Source: Fibrobacteria bacterium (GTDB lineage Bacteria > Fibrobacterota > Fibrobacteria > UBA11236). Taken from it: a stretch of 64,000 nucleotides of DNA. The notes under the pieces are model-generated. The model did no database searches. It was not told where the DNA came from and saw nothing but the letters and a program-made list of their open reading frames with translations. Below are positions 1 to 9,784 of this stretch, piece after piece; the stretch's first letter is position 1; every line of letters starts with the position of its first letter. The stretch covers positions 128,001 to 192,000 of the forward strand of contig JAYTSD010000017.1 of the NCBI GenBank assembly GCA_043745805.1, read 5' to 3'. Both the position numbers and the translations under genes were made by a program.

Positions 1-1
1 T

Positions 2-634
2 AGCCAACAAAATCAGGACTTGGAATCGGAATGGAAAAGTATAGATGGAAGTTATGACAATTTAAAGAATTTGATTTCTTTTAAAGTGATTCCTAAAAAT
101 TTATCCAAAATAGATAAAGTATGGTACTCCATTTTGACACCCGATTTTGATCCTGCTAATCCCCTTATGCAATCTTTGCACTCCGAAGATATGGCGGTGC
201 AGGATAGTGGTTTTGTGGGTACTTACACGCTCAAGCCAAATCAAAATGGCGAATTTTTAATCACAGCATATGGATCGGTGGGAGGAAAACAAATTTTACC
301 TATTTCAAAATCAATTTATACGCTCACCACAGGTATTGGAAATGATTCTGCTTCTAAAATATTTAGTTTAAAACAAAACTTTCCAAATCCCTTCAAAAAC
401 TTTACCACCATCCCTTTTAATTTAATGCATCAGGGAAATGTGAAATTAATTATTCAAAATTTAAAAGGCGAGAGGGTTAAATCCTTGATTAACACTCATG
501 TTAACCAAGGAACGCATTTTGTGACTTGGAATGGGTTAAATGAAAACGGCTTCCAAATGCCTGCTGGTCTATATATCTATACTTTAATTGCACCCGATGG
601 CATTTTGCGAAAGAAGTTTAATCTTCAGAGATAA
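2..634 (+). CDS. Secreted protein, 5'-truncated, with C-terminal FlgD-Ig / T9SS type-A-like sorting domain
   Basis: Frame is open from the window edge. C-terminal FSLKQNFPNPF...IQNLKGERV...TWNG.NENG...PAGLYIY matches the Por/FlgD_ig tail pattern. Confidence 0.8.
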   Translation, partial: SQQNQDLESEWKSIDGSYDNLKNLISFKVIPKNLSKIDKVWYSILTPDFDPANPLMQSLHSEDMAVQDSGFVGTYTLKPNQNGEFLITAYGSVGGKQILPISKSIYTLTTGIGNDSASKIFSLKQNFPNPFKNFTTIPFNLMHQGNVKLIIQNLKGERVKSLINTHVNQGTHFVTWNGLNENGFQMPAGLYIYTLIAPDGILRKKFNLQR

Positions 635-682
635 GTAAAAAATACTGATTTTTTTTCCCGAGTGGAATCAGGAAAAAAATAT

Positions 683-1384
683 TTATTTCACTATTTCAAA
701 TTCCATGCGATAAATTGGTTTGCCAAGAAGTCGATATTTTTTTTCAAAATTAGTTTGAATACCTTCGGTAGGCTCTGCATTTCCATTAATCACTTTCAGC
801 CAAGGCAATGAATTAAATAATTCCAAACTATCGGCGTGATACTCGGCATGATCGGTACCCCAATAAAATTTTCCATTGGGAATGGTTACTCTTTTAACTT
901 GTTCTAAAAAAGCGACATTAGCTAAGCGATGCTTGCGCTGTCTTTTCTTAGGCCATGGATCAGGAAAATACATATGTACGGCCTGCGTACAGGAATCCGG
1001 TAAAAAATCGCGTAAGAAAAAAAAAGCATCGCCGAGTAATAAGCGTGCATGAGGGAGATGTGGTCTTTTTGCAATACGTGTGGCGGCAAAAAAAGCGATC
1101 TCGGCTTCTTTTTCTATTCCAATTATGGGTAACTCCGGATGTCTCTCGGCATACTCCACCATGAAACCGCCTTTACCACAGCCAACTTCAATTTCAATTA
1201 AGCCCTCTTTAGCAAAAAAATTGTGGAAATTAATAGGAGTAAATTCTGGCTTTCCACTTTCTGTAAGTACTGGTAAATTTTTGGCATCTTTTTTATGCCT
1301 AAGATGGTAATATTTTTCCAAGTCATTGGAGGGTAACAATTCACGCTGCAATTCATAAGAACTCAGCCCTTCCGGTAAAGCCAT
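683..1384 (-). CDS. trmB: tRNA (guanine46-N7)-methyltransferase
   Basis: IEVGCGKG SAM motif, FPDPWPKKRQRKHRL, TD, TNFEKKY. Confidence 0.93.
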   Translation of the reverse strand: MALPEGLSSYELQRELLPSNDLEKYYHLRHKKDAKNLPVLTESGKPEFTPINFHNFFAKEGLIEIEVGCGKGGFMVEYAERHPELPIIGIEKEAEIAFFAATRIAKRPHLPHARLLLGDAFFFLRDFLPDSCTQAVHMYFPDPWPKKRQRKHRLANVAFLEQVKRVTIPNGKFYWGTDHAEYHADSLELFNSLPWLKVINGNAEPTEGIQTNFEKKYRLLGKPIYRMEFEIVK

Positions 1385-1863
1385 TATCCGCCCAACTTTC
1401 GTTTTACAATTTCGCTGACTAAACGCCCATCCGCTTTACCTTGAGTTTGCGGACGAATAACTCCCATCACGGCACCCATATCTTTAGGGCCTTTCGCATT
1501 TGCGGTGAGGATTGCTGCATCCACGAGTACAGTGATTTCCTCTTCACTCATTTGTGCAGGCAAATATTTTTCATATAAGGCAATTTTAATTTTTTCAAGG
1601 ACAATAATATCTTCACGCACAATACCCGCATCATTTTTTCCGCTAGCTTTTTCTAAAGTCTCACGGAATTGCTTAATGCCTCTCGACAAAATAGCGGAGA
1701 TATCTAAATCTTCGGGTTCTTTTTTATTGTTCATTTTAAAGGTTTTCACTTCTGCCAATAAGGTGCGCAATGAGGTAACCTTTTGTGAATTTTCTTCTTT
1801 TCGAGAGGGCTCTCTATCTTTCATAGCGGCAATGAGATCCACATTAATTTGATCAAGAATCAT
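1384..1863 (-). CDS. GatB/YqeY domain protein
   Basis: DLIAAMK...YLPAQMSEEEI...KDMGAVMG...GKADGRLVS. ATG 1863 preferred over GTG 1893. Confidence 0.88.
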   Translation of the reverse strand: MILDQINVDLIAAMKDREPSRKEENSQKVTSLRTLLAEVKTFKMNNKKEPEDLDISAILSRGIKQFRETLEKASGKNDAGIVREDIIVLEKIKIALYEKYLPAQMSEEEITVLVDAAILTANAKGPKDMGAVMGVIRPQTQGKADGRLVSEIVKRKLGG

Positions 1864-2084
1864 GAGTTGTACCTTTGGCAAAAATTCACCCACAAAATAG
1901 GAATTGTTGGGCTTTGTAGGGTCACCTAGGTCGGATTAGACCTTAAGACTTGTAGGTAAATGACTTTGCACGCGGAAATTGCCAATTGGAGGGGGGTCAA
2001 CACTAGGTTTTCCGACCGATAAAAGATATTTTTGAAAAAAGTTTTAGTTTCGGATTGTTTCCTGATTGTATCCTTGAGGGTTTG

Positions 2085-3536
2085 ATGAAATATAGCGTTG
2101 TCATTGGTTTGGAAGTTCATGCACAGCTTTCTACGAACACGAAAATGTTTTGCGGTTGTCGCTTAGAGTTCGGATCCGAACCCAATACCTTGGTTTGTCC
2201 TATTTGTTTAGGCATGCCGGGAACTTTACCGGTTCCAAATGAAAAAGCAGTAGAATACGCGATTAAAATGGGCCTAGCCACCTCGGCAAATATTGATAGA
2301 CAAGCAATGTGGACACGCAAAAATTATTTCTATCCCGATTTACCCAAGGGTTATCAAATTACGCAACAAGGGGGAGTACCCTTATATGACCGCCCCATTT
2401 GCACCGGCGGATTTATTGATATCGATCTCGACGATGGTAGCCGTAAACGCATTGGCTTAACGCGTATTCACATGGAAGAAGATGCTGGTAAACTCATTCA
2501 TGATATGACGGTAACGGATTCTCTTTTCGATGCCAACCGTTGTGGCACACCGCTTTGTGAAATTGTATCCGATCCTGATTTGCGCACACCGCGTGAGGCT
2601 TATCTTTATTTGGAAAAGCTAAAACAGATTTTAGAATACTTAGAAATCTGTGATGCGAATATGGAACGCGGTAATTTACGTTGTGATGCTAATGTGTCTT
2701 TGCGCCTTAGCGAGGATGCTCCATTTGGAAATCGCGTAGAATTAAAAAATATGAATTCTTTCCACAATATTGAAAAAGCTTTGGAAGTAGAAATTGCTTT
2801 GCAAGCCGAAATGTTGGATCGCGGCGAGGTTATAGGACAACAGACGAAACGTTGGGATGTTGACCGAGGTGTTACAGTACCTATACGTACTAAAGAAAAT
2901 GCGACGGATTATCGTTATTTTCCCGAACCCGATTTAATGCGCATTAATATTTCAGAAGCCCAAATCGCGGCTATTGCTGCAAAGCAACCTGAATTGCCCG
3001 AGGCTCGACGCAGTCGCTATGTGACTGAATTCGGCATTCCGACTTATGATGCGGCGGTGCTGACTAAAGAAAAAATCGTTTCGGAATTTTATGAAGAAGT
3101 ATGTTCCATTACGGCTGATAAGAAACTAGCCTCCAATTGGGTGATGGGCGAAGTTTTACGCGTGGTTAAAGACAAAGGTATTTCTGTACAACAATTGGCT
3201 TTTAAGCCTCAACAATTAGGGGAATTGATCAATCTTATTATTGATCAAACTATCTCGGGTAAAATTGCAAAAACGGTTTTTGAAGAGATGCTAGAAACCG
3301 GTAAAGCGCCGGGAAAAATTGTTGTGGATAATGGTTTACAGGTCATTTCCGATGATGGCACTATTGAAAAAATAGTTCTTGAAGTGATAGAAAAAAATCC
3401 AAGCTCATTGGCTGATTATCGCGCAGGTAAGGTAAAGCTATTCGGATTTTTTGTAGGCCAAGCAATGAAAGCTTCGCAAGGAAAAGCTAGTCCAGAAAAA
3501 TTAAATCAATTGCTTAAAAAGCATTTGGATGGTTAA
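2085..3536 (+). CDS. gatB: Asp/Glu-tRNA amidotransferase subunit B
   Basis: VIGLEVHAQL, RKNYFYPDLPKGYQITQ, HMEEDAGK, DYRYFPEPD. ATG at 2085. Confidence 0.97.
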   Translation: MKYSVVIGLEVHAQLSTNTKMFCGCRLEFGSEPNTLVCPICLGMPGTLPVPNEKAVEYAIKMGLATSANIDRQAMWTRKNYFYPDLPKGYQITQQGGVPLYDRPICTGGFIDIDLDDGSRKRIGLTRIHMEEDAGKLIHDMTVTDSLFDANRCGTPLCEIVSDPDLRTPREAYLYLEKLKQILEYLEICDANMERGNLRCDANVSLRLSEDAPFGNRVELKNMNSFHNIEKALEVEIALQAEMLDRGEVIGQQTKRWDVDRGVTVPIRTKENATDYRYFPEPDLMRINISEAQIAAIAAKQPELPEARRSRYVTEFGIPTYDAAVLTKEKIVSEFYEEVCSITADKKLASNWVMGEVLRVVKDKGISVQQLAFKPQQLGELINLIIDQTISGKIAKTVFEEMLETGKAPGKIVVDNGLQVISDDGTIEKIVLEVIEKNPSSLADYRAGKVKLFGFFVGQAMKASQGKASPEKLNQLLKKHLDG

Positions 3537-3861
3537 AAAATTATCGCTTTTATTATGGCTAACTATGGCTAGCTTGGGAGTGAAAACTCTTTTGGGGGCA
3601 GAAAAAAATACTCTTCCAGTTACTTCCCAAATACATCAAGATTCAGTGAGTTCGCAAGGTGCAATTCATCCCGAGTTGCATGTGATCGCGGAGAGTTCCG
3701 CTACTTCAGTCAGTTCCGTTTTCATGCCTAAAACACGAGCCGATACAGTTATTATCATTCAGCATCAATTTGATCATAAAGAACAGATTATAACTGGAAG
3801 CGTAATTATGTCTTGTATGATTTTAGTTTTGGCTTTGATGAACAATTATAATCCTCGATAA
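3529..3861 (+). CDS. Hypothetical small membrane/exported protein
   Basis: Overlaps the gatB stop. N-terminal signal-like stretch and C-terminal TM helix ending NNYNPR. Confidence 0.6.
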   Translation: MVKKLSLLLWLTMASLGVKTLLGAEKNTLPVTSQIHQDSVSSQGAIHPELHVIAESSATSVSSVFMPKTRADTVIIIQHQFDHKEQIITGSVIMSCMILVLALMNNYNPR

Positions 3862-3894
3862 TGAAGCCAGGAAACCTTTTGTTTCATGTTTGCA

Positions 3895-3923
3895 TTGATT
3901 TATTTGGTAGATTGACTTATATT
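3895..3923 (+). promoter_or_regulatory. Putative sigma70 promoter for rho
   Basis: TTGATT-17 bp-TATATT. Confidence 0.5.
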
Positions 3924-3947
3924 ATTTTTAAATCTCACTAAGCTTAA

Positions 3948-4234
3948 TTACAAAATAGATGGCTTTTGCTCAGCATTTTTTAAGTCGCTTAATTTGTGAA
4001 TGGTACTGCCCTTAGCAATTAATAAGGGTTAGTTCGGTGTTAGAGCGAACACTTTAAAAAGTCCCCCCTTCTTTATTTAATAGGGTAAAAGGGACACCCA
4101 GTTGTCGACATAATCAAGACAGCTAAATCCAAAATTTTTGACTGTGAAGCTGAAATTGCTTCGTTTAAAAAAGGTTTTTCTTTTGAGCCTTATGAATGGC
4201 CAAAAGAGTTTAAATAAAAGATAGGACAGCTTTT
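3948..4234 (+). promoter_or_regulatory. Long structured 5' leader of rho (candidate cis-regulatory RNA)
   Basis: Consecutive stems at 3948-3999, 4008-4029, 4032-4050, 4061-4095, 4100-4124, 4146-4162 and 4179-4207. Confidence 0.45.
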
Positions 4235-4237
4235 GCT

Positions 4238-5692
4238 ATGATAGATGAAAATACTCCCGAAGAATATATCCATGCCAATGACCATAGTGTTGAAGAGGAT
4301 GTTCAGAACGATGTAGATGAAGAGTATGAAGAGGATGGAGAAGGCGAAGAAGAAGAGGAATATGTTGAAGGTGAAGAAAATATTAAAAAGCCCGAAAAAC
4401 CTTATGATCCTTCTCGCCAATTAAAAAACCTCACCACAATATCCCATGAATCCAATGATAGCATGCGCCGCAATCGTCGTCGTGCGAAGGTAACTAAAAT
4501 TAAAACTCGCACGGTACAACGCAAAAGAAAACCCGAAAAAGATGCCTATACTCCCGACTATACAAATGAATACGATGTTCGTTCGGAGCTCGAAGAATAT
4601 ACTGGCTATATTCAAATTCTAGAAGGTCACTTCGCCTTAATGCGTTCCGAAAAAGTCAGCTTTATTGCTCAAGAAGGGGATATTGTAATCCCTAAAGAAA
4701 TGGTGCAACGCTATTCCTTGCGCTCGGGTCATAAAATTCATGGTGTAGTGCGTACCAAACGAAATCGTCGCCAAAAAGTAGTAACAGAAATTTTGGATAT
4801 TCAAGACGAACCCATTCAAACTTGGCGCTCGGCTCCCACTTTTCAATCGCTTACGAGTGTGAATCCCTTTGAGTTTTTCCGTTTATCCACACCAGCGGAT
4901 AATGATAAAAGCATGAGCTTGATGGAACTATTAACACCAATTGGCCGTGGCCAAAGAGGTTTATTAGTAGCGCCTCCACGTACTGGCAAAACTATGCTCA
5001 TGGAAAAAATTGCTAATGGCATAGCATCTAATCATCCCGAAACAGAAATTTTATTATTGCTGATCGATGAACGTCCCGAAGAAGTTACCCATTTAACGCG
5101 TAAAGTAAAAGGTAAAGTTTTCGCCTCTTGTTTGGATAAACCCATTGAAGAACATATCGCCCTTTGCCAAATGGTTATTGACCTAGCTCATCGTAAAGTG
5201 GAGCGGGGTAAAGATGTAGTGATATTACTCGATTCTATTACTCGTATGGCGCGTGCTTATAATAACCAATTGAAATCCTCCGGCCGTACTTTATCTGGTG
5301 GAGTAGACGCGAAAGCCTTAATGGAACCTAAAAAGTTTTTTGGATCAGCCCGTAAATTAGAAGAAGGCGGCAGTTTAACCATTATTGCAACTGCCCTTGT
5401 ACAAACAGGTTCGCAAATGGATGAAGTTATTTTCCAAGAATTTAAAGGCACAGGTAATATGGAATTAGTGCTAAATCGCCGTCTGGCCGAAAAGCGCATT
5501 TATCCAGCTATTGATATTCCGATGTCCGGTACACGTCGTGAGGAATTAATTTTACCACCGGAATATTTTAAGGCCGCTTCGAAATTTCGCCGCTACCTTT
5601 CGAATATGACCGACACCAACCAAATGCCTGCGGCTATTCAAGCTTTGGAAAAATATAAGACTACGGCAGAATTCGTAAAAGCTTTCGCTTAA
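4238..5692 (+). CDS. rho: Transcription termination factor Rho with acidic/basic N-terminal extension
   Basis: [49 protein letters not shown]. Confidence 0.97.
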   Translation: MIDENTPEEYIHANDHSVEEDVQNDVDEEYEEDGEGEEEEEYVEGEENIKKPEKPYDPSRQLKNLTTISHESNDSMRRNRRRAKVTKIKTRTVQRKRKPEKDAYTPDYTNEYDVRSELEEYTGYIQILEGHFALMRSEKVSFIAQEGDIVIPKEMVQRYSLRSGHKIHGVVRTKRNRRQKVVTEILDIQDEPIQTWRSAPTFQSLTSVNPFEFFRLSTPADNDKSMSLMELLTPIGRGQRGLLVAPPRTGKTMLMEKIANGIASNHPETEILLLLIDERPEEVTHLTRKVKGKVFASCLDKPIEEHIALCQMVIDLAHRKVERGKDVVILLDSITRMARAYNNQLKSSGRTLSGGVDAKALMEPKKFFGSARKLEEGGSLTIIATALVQTGSQMDEVIFQEFKGTGNMELVLNRRLAEKRIYPAIDIPMSGTRREELILPPEYFKAASKFRRYLSNMTDTNQMPAAIQALEKYKTTAEFVKAFA

Positions 5693-5715
5693 AATAAATA
5701 CAAAGGAGAATATCG

Positions 5716-6132
5716 ATGCTTGTTAAATTGTCAGCAACTCCTGATTTTAAATTTAAAGCCAGTAATGATTCGGGTGCGCAATTTGATATTGGCGCTTCCA
5801 AAAGTATTGGTGGCGATGAAAGCGGATTTCGCCCTATGCAATTAGTGTTGGCGGCAGTAGGCAGTTGCAGTGGTATCGACATTATTTCTATTCTTAAAAA
5901 ATCGCGGCAAGACATACAGCATTTAGATGTAGAAGTGGAAGGGGAAAGAGCGGATGCTATCCCATCACCCTTCACTAAAATTCATGTAAAATTTATTATG
6001 CAGGGCAAAGGCATTGAGTTGGCTAAGGCTGAAAAGGCCGTCTCGCTTGGCCTAGAGAAGTATTGTTCCGTAGCAACTATGTTGGTTCCAGGCGTGCAAA
6101 TTACCAGTTCTATTGAGATTCACGAAGTTTAA
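5716..6132 (+). CDS. OsmC/YhfA family protein
   Basis: GFRPMQLVL..GSCSGID, EKYCSV. RBS AAGGAG. Confidence 0.88.
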   Translation: MLVKLSATPDFKFKASNDSGAQFDIGASKSIGGDESGFRPMQLVLAAVGSCSGIDIISILKKSRQDIQHLDVEVEGERADAIPSPFTKIHVKFIMQGKGIELAKAEKAVSLGLEKYCSVATMLVPGVQITSSIEIHEV

Positions 6133-6133
6133 A

Positions 6134-6177
6134 TATTTATTGTAGGGGCACAAAATGTTGTGCTCCTACAATAAATA
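6134..6177. repeat. 20-bp-arm inverted repeat with GTAG core; REP-like and probable bidirectional terminator
   Basis: TATTTATTGTAGGGGCACAA-aatg-TTGTGCTCCTACAATAAATA between the convergent osmC-like and ugd genes. Confidence 0.7.
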
Positions 6178-6184
6178 ACGGCGG

Positions 6185-7564
6185 TTAAACGTAATGCTTT
6201 AGCGGGGATTTCCCAATCGCAAAAACATTGAATCCTAATTTATGCAGCTTTTGATGATCCAAAATGTTGCGACCATCAAAGATAAAAGCAGGTTTTGCCA
6301 TCGAAGTAAAAATTCGAGCATAATCTACTTCTTTATACAATTTCCATTCGGTCATGATGGCAATGGCATGACAACCTTCGGCGGCTTTATATACATCTTC
6401 TTCGAAAATCACATTATGGGCAATATCTTGTAAATCATGTTTTGCATTGATTAAAGCTTTAGGATCCGTAATCACCACATTGGCACGTTCTTCACAAAGG
6501 CCGCGCGCAATAGCAATTGCAGGGGATTCACGCGTATCGCCAGTATTCGCTTTAAAAGCAAAACCAAACAAGGCAATGCGTTTGCCTGCGACGGTATTAA
6601 ACATGTTACTGAGCATATTCAAAATAAAACGTTTTTGTTGCCAATTATTAATGCGAATGACAGATTCCCAATAATCGGCTACTTCGGAGAGTCCATAACT
6701 TTCGCAAATATATACTAAGTTCAAAATATCTTTTTGAAAACACGATCCCCCAAAACCCACACTGGCTTTGAGAAATTTAGATCCAATACGCGAATCGGTT
6801 CCAATAGCATAAGCCACTTCATCGACATCCGCTTCGGTTTTTTCACAAAGGGCCGACATGGCATTAATGGAAGAAATACGTTGCGCTAAAAAAGCATTGG
6901 CGGCAAGTTTAGAAAGCTCGGCGCTCCAAACATTGCTTTCAATAATATTGGCTTTGGGTACCCAATGGGCATAAATATTCACTACGTCTTCACGCGCTTT
7001 TAAGCCGCCGGCCGTTTCGCGTGAACCAATGAGTACACGATCAGGATTTTCTAAATCCACAACCGCACTGCCTTCTGCTAAAAATTCAGGATTGGAAAGT
7101 ACCTCAAAATGAATGCCCTTTTCATTAGCATTTAAAATTCTTTCCATGGCATCCGCAGTGCGCACTGGCAAGGTGGATTTTTCGACAATGATTTTTGCAC
7201 TATCTGAATTAGCTAAAATTTGACGAGCCGTTTTTTCCCAATATTGTAAATCGGCCGCGCGCCCAGAACCTTGTCCAAAGCTTTTGGTGGGTGTATTTAC
7301 AGAAACAAAAATAATGTCCGCTTCACGAATGCCGGTATCGACATCGGTAGAGAAGAATAAATTTTTACCGCGCGTTTCATTGACTAATTCTTCGAGGCCA
7401 GGTTCATAAATAGGGCAGGGGCCATTATTCCAAGCATCAATGCGATTTTTATTAATGTCTACTACAGTTATTTTATAGGTAGGGCATTTGCGAGCAATCA
7501 TGGTCATCGTAGGGCCGCCGACATAGCCGGCACCAATGCAGAGTATATGTTTTTCAAATTTCAT
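6185..7564 (-). CDS. ugd: UDP-glucose 6-dehydrogenase
   Basis: CIGAGYVGG, SVNTPTK, EKSTLP, SNPEFLAEG, GFGGSCFQKD, DTRESP. Confidence 0.95.
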   Translation of the reverse strand: MKFEKHILCIGAGYVGGPTMTMIARKCPTYKITVVDINKNRIDAWNNGPCPIYEPGLEELVNETRGKNLFFSTDVDTGIREADIIFVSVNTPTKSFGQGSGRAADLQYWEKTARQILANSDSAKIIVEKSTLPVRTADAMERILNANEKGIHFEVLSNPEFLAEGSAVVDLENPDRVLIGSRETAGGLKAREDVVNIYAHWVPKANIIESNVWSAELSKLAANAFLAQRISSINAMSALCEKTEADVDEVAYAIGTDSRIGSKFLKASVGFGGSCFQKDILNLVYICESYGLSEVADYWESVIRINNWQQKRFILNMLSNMFNTVAGKRIALFGFAFKANTGDTRESPAIAIARGLCEERANVVITDPKALINAKHDLQDIAHNVIFEEDVYKAAEGCHAIAIMTEWKLYKEVDYARIFTSMAKPAFIFDGRNILDHQKLHKLGFNVFAIGKSPLKHYV

Positions 7565-7620
7565 AGTGTCCTAATTTAACAAAAACCGCTATTAAAAAAC
7601 GAGATTTAAAACTGATTATT

Positions 7621-9693
7621 CTATTCAATATTTAGGGCACTATCTTGCATAAGAATTTGTTTCAATTCAACTTCATTAAGAATACGAATACTCAACTTTT
7701 GGGCCTTATCTAATTTACTTCCGGCGGCTTCACCTGCAAGTAAATAGGAGGTTTTTTTGCTGACCGCATCGGTTATTTTACCACCGGCTTTTTCAATTTG
7801 AGCTTTGGCTTCTTCCCGCGACCAAGTCGGTAATGTTCCGGTTATCACAAAAGTTAAACCTTCGAGTACTTGGCTTTCCTGCGTAGAAAGATATTCTGTG
7901 TTTACACCTAATTCGGCAAGTTGCTTAAGTAAGTGTTGATTTTGCATGTCTTTAAAAAAGTTGAGCAAACTTTCGGCCATGCGTCCGCCAATTTCAGAAA
8001 CTGCTTCGAGTTGCTCTTGAGTGGCTTCACTTATGGCTTGCAGGGTTTTGAATTTTTTGGCGAGTAGGGTAGAAGAAGTTTTGCCGATATGCCGTATACC
8101 CAAACCAAAAATTAAGCGTTCCAAACTATTATTTTTACTTTGCGCTAAACTGCTCATCACATTTTGTGCAGACTTTTCAGCCATACGATCAAGGTCGGAT
8201 AAATCCTCTGCTTTAAGTTGATATAAGTCGGCCACATTTTTAATTAAGCCCTTAGCTAATAAAGTATCGACTAGGGCCGGACCAATATTTTCAATATTCA
8301 TCGCACCGCGACTCACAAAATGCAAAATGGCTCTTTGTACTTGTGCAGGACATTGTAAATTTTCACAACGTAAAACCACTTCTTCCGGCACTTTTACCAA
8401 TTCACCTTGACATACGGGGCAATGCGTAGGAAGTGCAATATTTTCAGCATGGGTAGGCCTTTTTTCTATGATCACGGCGGTAATTTTGGGGATTATTTCA
8501 CCACCTTTTTCTACCCAAACATGATCGTGCAATTTAAGACCCAAGCGTTCTATTTCCTCAAAATTATGCAAGGTGGCGCGCTTGACCAAAGTTCCACCCA
8601 ACGATACGGGTTTTAAATTAGCCACTGGGGTAACCGATCCGGTACGCCCCACCTGAAAGGAAACCGATTCCAAAATCGATTCTGCGGCTTCCGCTTTATA
8701 CTTATAGGCAATGACCCATTTGGGACTTTTAGACGTGCGCCCTAATATAATTTGTTGCCCGATGCCATTGACCTTAATTACCGCACCATCGATATTATAC
8801 GGTAAATCGTCACGGATTTTTTGTAAGCTATCGCAAATAGCCATAATGGCTTCCACCGTTTTAGCCTTAGCACGATGGGTATTGACCGGAAATGCTGTTG
8901 CGAGATGCTCCAAGTTTTCCCAATGACTGCCTTGTGTTTCATCATTCAATATGGCATAAGCAAAAAAATCCAACTTCCGTTGAGCCGCCTCAGCCGGATC
9001 TTTAAGCTTTAAACTACCGGAAGCCGTATTGCGAGGGTTTTGCATTTCTTTGCCATAATGCAATTGCGAATACGCATTATAGTGTTCAAAATTTTCTCGC
9101 GTCATATAAATTTCGCCACGTACTTCAAAGCGTTCAGCGGGAAAGCTAGAAGGTAACTTGTGTGGTACTGTAGCAATAGTTTTAATATTTTCTGTGACTT
9201 CATCGCCCATCACCCCATCGCCGCGTGTAACGGCTTGCATTAGTTTGCGGTTTTCGTAGATTAAACTCATGGCTACACCATCAATTTTTAATTCCACCAC
9301 ATATTCCACTTCCGCTTCGGGAATTTTGTCTATCACTTGCCCATGAAAATGGGCGACCTCTTCCATAGAATAAGTGTTTTGAATACTCAGCATAGGATAT
9401 TTATGCGTCACCTTCCGAAAACCATGACTTTTATCATCACCCACTTTTTGCGTTGGAGAGTTAGGATCGAGATAGGCAGGGTATTTTTCTTCTAAAGTGG
9501 TTAACTCTTGCAATTGAAAATCAAAGTCTCCATCGGACATAGGCGAGTGGCCTAAGCGATAATAGGCATGATTGGCTGCGATTAATTGCAGGCGCAATTG
9601 TTGTAAGCGCTCAATCTCTTGGGTTTCGGAAGCAGGTGTTTTATCAGCCCGTTCTGCATTATTTATTGCTTTATCAAATTTTTCGGCATTCAT
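7621..9693 (-). CDS. ligA: NAD-dependent DNA ligase
   Basis: ELKIDG adenylation motif, VTRGDG, C4 zinc finger, HhH repeats, C-terminal BRCT. Confidence 0.97.
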   Translation of the reverse strand: MNAEKFDKAINNAERADKTPASETQEIERLQQLRLQLIAANHAYYRLGHSPMSDGDFDFQLQELTTLEEKYPAYLDPNSPTQKVGDDKSHGFRKVTHKYPMLSIQNTYSMEEVAHFHGQVIDKIPEAEVEYVVELKIDGVAMSLIYENRKLMQAVTRGDGVMGDEVTENIKTIATVPHKLPSSFPAERFEVRGEIYMTRENFEHYNAYSQLHYGKEMQNPRNTASGSLKLKDPAEAAQRKLDFFAYAILNDETQGSHWENLEHLATAFPVNTHRAKAKTVEAIMAICDSLQKIRDDLPYNIDGAVIKVNGIGQQIILGRTSKSPKWVIAYKYKAEAAESILESVSFQVGRTGSVTPVANLKPVSLGGTLVKRATLHNFEEIERLGLKLHDHVWVEKGGEIIPKITAVIIEKRPTHAENIALPTHCPVCQGELVKVPEEVVLRCENLQCPAQVQRAILHFVSRGAMNIENIGPALVDTLLAKGLIKNVADLYQLKAEDLSDLDRMAEKSAQNVMSSLAQSKNNSLERLIFGLGIRHIGKTSSTLLAKKFKTLQAISEATQEQLEAVSEIGGRMAESLLNFFKDMQNQHLLKQLAELGVNTEYLSTQESQVLEGLTFVITGTLPTWSREEAKAQIEKAGGKITDAVSKKTSYLLAGEAAGSKLDKAQKLSIRILNEVELKQILMQDSALNIE

Positions 9694-9784
9694 TGGTAAT
9701 GCTTCCTCATTTTGTCATTCTTAGTGAGTAAAATATTACTTATTTTTAGGGCTCGATTTTGATTTAAGACAGGGAAAGTTCACT

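Noticed and set aside
648-680. Inverted repeat between the first ORF and trmB as a terminator
   Set aside because: The T run precedes and the A run follows the stem on both strands, so the geometry is not canonical. It may still be a stabilising hairpin.
3948-4234. rho leader as RNase P, SRP, tmRNA, 6S or T-box RNA
   Set aside because: Signature sequences (for example GAGGAAAGUCC, the SRP GGAA loop helix, tRNA-like ends) were not found.
4190-4420. Hydrophobic antisense ORF
   Set aside because: Reverse complement of the GAA-rich acidic tract of rho.
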